Below, piece after piece: positions 57,564 to 64,000 of a stretch of 64,000 nucleotides of DNA (its first letter is position 1; each line of letters starts with the position of its first letter). The position numbers and the translations under genes are program-made. The notes beneath the pieces were generated by a model. It was not told the DNA's origin. It worked only from the letters and a program-made list of their open reading frames with translations, and made no database searches. Where the stretch lies: positions 94,984,001-95,048,000 of the forward strand of contig OZ024745.1 in assembly GCA_964016885.1 (NCBI GenBank), written 5' to 3'. This DNA is from Eledone cirrhosa. Lineage: Eukaryota.

Positions 57564-58408
57564 TGAAGTATATTTCTAATGACTTGATTTTTTTTTATTT
57601 CATTGTTTTAACTTATATCATGACTCTGTTTTCCTTTTAATGTTTTATTGTTTTCCGGGATTTATTTTAACCTACAACATTTTCAACATATGGATTACAT
57701 TGAATTCTTCATGCAGACGAGACCCCACAACTTACCGGGGATATCTCTGTGCATAAATATATATATATATGTAGGTATATGTATGTATGTGTATGTATGT
57801 ATATGTGTGTATGGTGTACATACGAATATATATATATATGTGTGTGTGCGTGTGTGCGTGTGCGTATATATGTATGTATATGTATGTGTCTATGTGTATA
57901 TATATATATGTATATATATATGTCTCTCTCTATATATATATGTTTATATGTATATATATATGTGTGCGTATGTACACACACATATATATATATATGTATA
58001 TGTGTATGTATATGTTTGAATATATGTATGTGTGCATGTACCATTATTATGTGTGTTGTGTGTGTTCCTGCCTGTGTGTGCTTGCGTGTATGTGTGTGCA
58101 CGTGTGTAAGTGGGGGAGTGTGTGAATCTGCTTGTCGACACCTGGAATATATATTCAGAGAAACTTCACAATAAGGGATCTCACCCCAATACTGAAATCT
58201 GTTGATGGAACCCTTTCTGCCTTTGTCACCCTTACTTCAGCCTTAAAGAATTAGCTTCTAAAGAATTTCCCTTTTCTTTAAACCATTGAACCCCACCCAT
58301 CCTGTAGACACCTGTCTTACAGCCATTGTTAGTCTAAGTGATAAACAAGGATTGGACGGTCGCTTTAGATTCTTTTAGAGTTGTCTGGAATGTATAGTCT
58401 TGCATGCG

Positions 58409-58465
58409 CTGATGAACCATAGGCTATTCCATTTCAGTCAACAGCTTCCTGGCGAAACATATCTC
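58409..58465 (+). ncRNA. Degenerate hammerhead-like motif
   Basis: CTGATGA-ACCA.AGGCT..AGCTT.TGGC-GAAA-CATATC-TC; stem I does not pair. Confidence 0.35.
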
Positions 58466-58685
58466 TTTGGATTTGTTCACGTGTGTTATATAGTTATAGA
58501 GGTGTGTATATACATTTTAATTTATATTTTTCGTTATTGTGTGTCTACCCTGCCTTCCATAGAATATAGATTCCATACACTGGTGATTTTCCCTGTTTTA
58601 TTGATGGCACACTTTCTCTCTCTAGTTTGTTACCTTTTCAACATATTGTATATATATATATATATATATATAAATGCAAAAGTAT

Positions 58686-59620
58686 GAAACGAAATTTCAT
58701 TTCTCACTCTTAGTACGTCTGATACTTAAATGTAAGTATGTATGTATACGTACATACATATATGTATAAAGACGTACACTAGTATGTATATATATACATA
58801 CATGCACACATATATATATGTACGTATGGGTTTACCGAACATTTATTATAAGGTTTGGTTTGTTTGTAAACAAACAAACAGCCCGAATTACGCCGTACAG
58901 TGTTCAGGCAACCATCGTCGCCTTTTTATTCAACACTGACACTGGAACGATGTACTAAGCATATTAACGGCTGAGCAGTCTAATTTGCATATCGAGTGAG
59001 TTAGTCGGCCGGGCGCACTGAAAACGATAAATGGAAAAGAATGAAATGAAATTTCATTTCTCACTCTTAGTACGGCTGATACTTAAATGTAAGTATGTAT
59101 GTATACGTACATACATATATTTATACAGACGTACAGTAGTATGTATATATATATACATACATGCACACATATATATATATATATATATATACGTATGGGT
59201 TTACCGAACATTTATTATAATGTTCGTTTTGTTTGTAAACAAACAAACAGCCCCAATTACGCCGTACAGTGTTCGGCAACCATCGTCGCCCTTTTGTTCA
59301 ACACTGACACAGGAACGATGTACTAGTTTCAAGCTTATTAGCTATCGTCAGCATCGTATACCTTCCTGCCAGATGGTTGAACGTCTGAAAGTATATACTT
59401 TCCTTATGCATATTAACGGCTGAGCAGCCTAATTTGCATATCGAGTGAGTTAGTCGGCCGGGCGCACCGAAAACGATAAATGGAAAAGAAACCGAACATT
59501 ATAATAAATGTTCGGTAAACCGATACGTGCATATATATATGTGTGCATGTATGTATATATATACATACTATTGTACGTCTGTATACATATATGTATGTAC
59601 GTATACATACATACTTATAT
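58686..59620 (-). mobile_element. ~430-bp HHR repeat family: tandem units plus inverted piece (HHR 59316-59356 minus)
   Basis: Homologous to the 47347 array. The first unit has a deletion removing most of the HHR. Orientation flips near 59490. Confidence 0.85.
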
Positions 59621-59723
59621 ATATATATAATTATATACATATACATATCTATCTAACTATTTATCTATCTACCTCTCTTTCTAGTCTCATTTTCTCTCTC
59701 TCTCTATATATATATATATATTT

Positions 59724-59849
<126 letters not shown>

Positions 59850-60249
59850 GATGTACGGCCGAATGGATGTATTTTGTCAAGACTAATGCTATGCACTTTC
59901 ATAAATGTTATCGATTCGTGAATATATATATAATACATTATATATAGACAAGCATATGGATTGTATCTAGACCTATGATCCTTCATCTTACGCTAAGGTG
60001 AATGGGAATACGTTTTAGGGATTTAAGACACAATGCAATATGAATTATTTAAATTATCTGCATTTTCATTGGTTGGCTTAGGTCAGGTAACAAAGCATAT
60101 AACCTGGATATCTGGTGTTACGTGTACTATAATTTCATGGTGTTGGCGGTGGTAGGGTGTATATATTTTTATATCTTTAGTTATATTTGGACGTCTGAGA
60201 TGCAGTAACGTCTAACCTTAGCTAACCTTAAATTTGTTTTTATTGAATT

Positions 60250-61150
60250 TTATAAGATATTAATGTGCAACGAAGAAATATTGTCGTATTGAAAACCTGT
60301 ATAATGAACCATAATGAATACTATACTCATGCTATAGGGAGTAAACGAAATTGTGATTCTATTCTTTGCTCTTTGCATATTGGTTATATTCTGGTTTTTC
60401 TTCGTAGCCACTTATTATGGTAAAATGCAGCTTAGTTGAATATAATCTTGTCGGATAACAGTTTACAACTTCAACTATTTAACAATTTAACTCTTTTTTT
60501 TTACAGTCCAGTAGCCCAGTATCTCCTATTCGAGCAGACCTATGTTCAAATCTATTTCAGCACTGGTTGTTCCGTCTTTTTCTTATTTAATGATTCTTTT
60601 TTAAGACATAAACAGTTATTTAAGGGAGAATTGCCTGCTGTTTCTAGCACATCCAAAGGCGCCATTGCTTAGTATTTTATATATATAACACCAACACACG
60701 AAATCTCATTACAGCAATAACCCGCAAAAACTACTTAACAGCCAATGTCTTACAAAGGAACTTATTTAGATTATAAAGTAACATATGCAGATGTTCTCGA
60801 GAATGGCTATATATGACTAAAGGAAAATATCTGTTAAACTAATTACACACAAAACAATCACTATTTTATATCCAGAGCCAAGATCAATTCCAGGCATCCT
60901 AGCTATGTATTAAACAATTTATAAAAAATGAATATGTAACTGTTTGGTAGTCATGTTAAAATGTATAGATTGTTTGGAAAACACAAACACGACGTCGTGT
61001 AGTTACCGCATGTTTCGACATCCAGCTGAAGCAATTATATTTTATTCACGCTATTAAAATTTTCGAGAGATACATGAACGGCAAAACAATCCTCAGTCAC
61101 TTTCATATCGATCGTGTGGATGTTTCACAGTTAATATTTCAAAAGGTGAT
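60250..61150 (+). pseudogene. Decayed Helitron Rep domain remnant
   Basis: Colinear peptides QRRN, ENGY, CIKQFIK and AEA..FREIHER..L resemble Helitron QKRG, GYP.Y, SIKY..KY and EA.WRIF.F.IHER.P.V..L. Confidence 0.45.
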
Positions 61151-61298
61151 GAATAAAATTTTAACAAAAAATGATGTAAAAAAAGTGATAATTTTATCTT
61201 CTGTTTCAATTAATGATAAGTATAAGAGATATAAAATATAATATATACGACTTGTCAAGTATTACATGCATATCATTTCGTTAAATGAGATGTGAAAA

Positions 61299-61338
<40 letters not shown>

Positions 61339-61341
<3 letters not shown>

Positions 61342-62036
61342 TAAAGTATGTCCATAGAATCATTTGATAAAATATAAACACCATTTCCTCTCCCAATTAG
61401 CATAATTAACCACATGAAAAAATCAATTAGACCAGGCTATACGATTAAAAGGCTCCTATGAAGAAATATTTGATAAATAAACGACAGCAGTTTCTTCGCG
61501 GCCGACCGCAATAGAATATTTACCCAACATTTCAACAGCACGTGGGAATCGACTAAATATACCGTCAACCATACACAATTAGGTATAAAATTAGAGTTAG
61601 AAGAAATGCGTACACTCTTACCAGGATAATGTCTCTACCCTCGGATTTCGTTCGCGTTTTGAGATATCCTATTAAGGATAAAATCTCGAGTTTCGAACTC
61701 GTCAGGAAACAAACTCATAGGACAGGTAATTTTCCAAAGCGATCCCCGTCAGAAACAGATTCAAAATGGCTAAGAATCGTGACGTGGCAGTGGTCAAGTT
61801 AGAAAGAATGTGATTGGTTGCTTACGGCGAGTGGGCTGGTTGCTAAAAAGCGCAGCCCAATATTGCCCAAATTGCATCTCAACCTGATGGGAGATTATTA
61901 AATATAAAGATTTACATATACACAAACACAACAAAGTCACAGATATATATGATTTGGGAACCATTCACAATGTGGCTCAATGAAGAATTAATAAATTAAA
62001 TAATCAGAGCAATATATCATAAAGTATATCCATAGA

Positions 62037-62040
<4 letters not shown>
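61339..62040. repeat. One full ~680-bp unit with terminal direct repeat, in (TA)n
   Basis: TCATAAAGTATRTCCATAGAATCA at both ends; homologous (inverted) to 51643-52668. Confidence 0.75.
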
Positions 62041-62095
<55 letters not shown>

Positions 62096-62307
62096 TTTAC
62101 GTATCGAGAAAGAGGAAAAAAAGGGGGATAGGTGATACATATAGTTATTTGCCAAGTAGCGTATGCCAAAGGTGCTCGATACTAGTGCCGGCAGTATTAA
62201 ATATTCGAAGTGTTAATATTTAGTGGGCTAGAGAGTTAGCAGAGCGTAAGCACGTGGGAAAGTAAAAAATCGAAGAATAGACCGTTAAAACATGTTTATT
62301 TAAAACA

Positions 62308-62347
62308 GCACCTACGTATGTTTCGCCCAGTTGGGCTTCTCAAGGGC
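62308..62347 (-). ncRNA. Hammerhead candidate with U3-A8 core
   Basis: Minus strand GCCC-TTGAGAA-GCCC AACT GGGC-GAAA-CATACG-TA-GGTGC. Confidence 0.65.
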
Positions 62348-62431
62348 ATAAATAATCACAAGTGTAGCTTATATTGCTCGGAAATATATACATATATATA
62401 AACATATATATATACATATATATATATATAT

Positions 62432-62784
62432 TAGAAAGTGGGGTTTATTTTTGCAAATTGAAAAATAACCGAGGTGTCCTACACAAGTGAAAGTATAAAG
62501 AAAAAGAGATGAAATCGAAAATTTCAACTGGAGTCTTTTTTTTTTTTTTAAATATATATATTTATTTGGTTCCTTTACCGGTTTCGCAGTTCTTCTGCTT
62601 TTCAAAAGGTGAGTTGAGATGGAGGGTCTGTGGTTTTTCTCAGATGTGAGAAAAACCACAGACCCTCCATCTCAACTCACCTTTTGAAAAGCAGAAGAAC
62701 TGCGAAACCGGTAAAGGAACCAAATAAATATATATATTTAAAAAAAAAAAGACTCCAGTTGCATTTTCGATTTCATCTCTTTTT

Positions 62785-62790
<6 letters not shown>
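62432..62790. mobile_element. Fold-back element with U3-A8 hammerhead in both arms (62572-62609 -, 62680-62717 +)
   Basis: Near-perfect palindrome centred ~62644. Motif CCTT-TTGAAAA-GCAG AAGAA CTGC-GAAA-CCGG-TA-AAGG. Confidence 0.85.
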
Positions 62791-62856
<66 letters not shown>

Positions 62857-63473
62857 CGAAGGAAATGTGGTAAAGAACCAGGTGGACCATAACACACCAA
62901 AGTACTCATACTTAGGGTAGTAGAGTGGGTAATAGGAACGAGTAGGACCCCAAGTGGGGTCCTACTCGTTCCTATATATATATTTATATAACGAAGGAGG
63001 TGTGGTAAGGAACCAGATGGACAATAACGCAACAGAGTGGGTAATAGACAGAAATAGCCGTGTCGAAACGGCTTGAGCTCTGCCGTCGGGGTCAAACATG
63101 TTCCTATATTTATATATATATAAATAGAAATTAGCGAGAATCGTATTTCGGCTTTGGAATTAGCGAAAAACAACTTCCGAGATGTGTAGCAAGCGCTCAA
63201 TAATTCTGACGAACCAGAGCTACAACATACGTTAAAGGCCAAACACACTGAGACGATGGTTAAACCGTCATCCTCACAGCCATAGAAACGACCAAGTAAT
63301 TCGGGTCAAGCAAATAAAAAATTATGTGATTGAAAAAATCATATATATATTGAAAAAATCATATATATATATATATATACGCATAATTGGGAATATAATC
63401 ACTTATTTCCTAATGTTTGTTGAGTGAGTTGGAATTTGGCCGGAGTATCGCTAAAAAGCTTTCTCCGATATTG

Positions 63474-63548
<75 letters not shown>

Positions 63549-63550
<2 letters not shown>

Positions 63551-64000
63551 GCAAAAAATTAAACGAAATTTCATTTCCCACTCTTAGTACGGCTGTTACT
63601 TAAATATAAGTATGTACACCTACATACATATATGTATACAGACGTACAGTAGTATGTATATATATATATACATACATGCACGCATATATATATGTACGTA
63701 TGGATTCACCGAACATTTATTATAATGCTCTGTGTGTTTGTAAACAAACATCCCTATTAAGCCGTAGTGTCTAGCAACCATCGTTGCTCGTTTGTTCAAC
63801 ACTGACAAAGGAACGCTGTACTAGTTTCAAGCTTATTAGCTATCGTCAGCAACGTATACCTTCCTGCCAGATTGTGGAATGTATATACTTACCTTATGCA
63901 TATTAACGGCTGAGTAGCCCAATTTGCATATCGAGTGGGTTAATCGGCCGGGTGCACCGAAAACGATAAACGAAAAAAATGAAACGAAATTTCATTTCCC
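63549..64000 (-). mobile_element. ~430-bp HHR repeat family unit, with the next tandem unit starting ~63968 and running off the window (HHR 63814-63854 minus)
   Basis: Homologous to the 47347 array. Confidence 0.87.

Larger units (their letters stand above)
54700..57600 (+). mobile_element. Decayed Naiad-like Penelope element (RT thumb, linker, GIY-YIG, 3' UTR)
   Basis: RLSKLSSNEDIF..SGY, RKKNISWYNAPF, GCNCRNRSICPLNGNCL, VIY..TYIGST..FKKRFYAH, CRLC, LLNKRQE..CNH. The 3' extent is inferred. Confidence 0.78.

Noticed and set aside
63200-63305. CTGACGA ... GAAA..GTA hammerhead candidate
   Set aside because: Stems I and III do not pair convincingly.

Overview
AT-rich, microsatellite-dense eukaryotic DNA. 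By repeat content it is most likely a cephalopod/octopod mollusc (inference). No host gene exon could be supported, and most ORF-track entries are translated (TA)n/(CA)n/(GA)n repeats. The window is almost entirely transposon-derived: about 17 tRNA-derived SINE copies, RTE-type, CRE-type and R4/Dong-like LINE relics, Penelope-like elements (one Neptune-type RT+GIY-YIG ORF and three Naiad-like GIY-YIG fragments), two non-autonomous Helitrons and many highly decayed Helitron RepHel remnants. The most striking signal is more than 25 minimal type I hammerhead ribozyme (HHR) motifs from roughly a dozen unrelated short repeat families. Most sit in fold-back or tandem elements inserted in (TA)n tracts, and most have a palindromic stem III whose sequence varies between families. 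Several carry a U3-A8 core covariation. One ~430-bp family forms head-to-tail HHR-bearing dimers resembling non-LTR retrozymes. All calls were made by eye; boundaries are approximate unless a motif is quoted.
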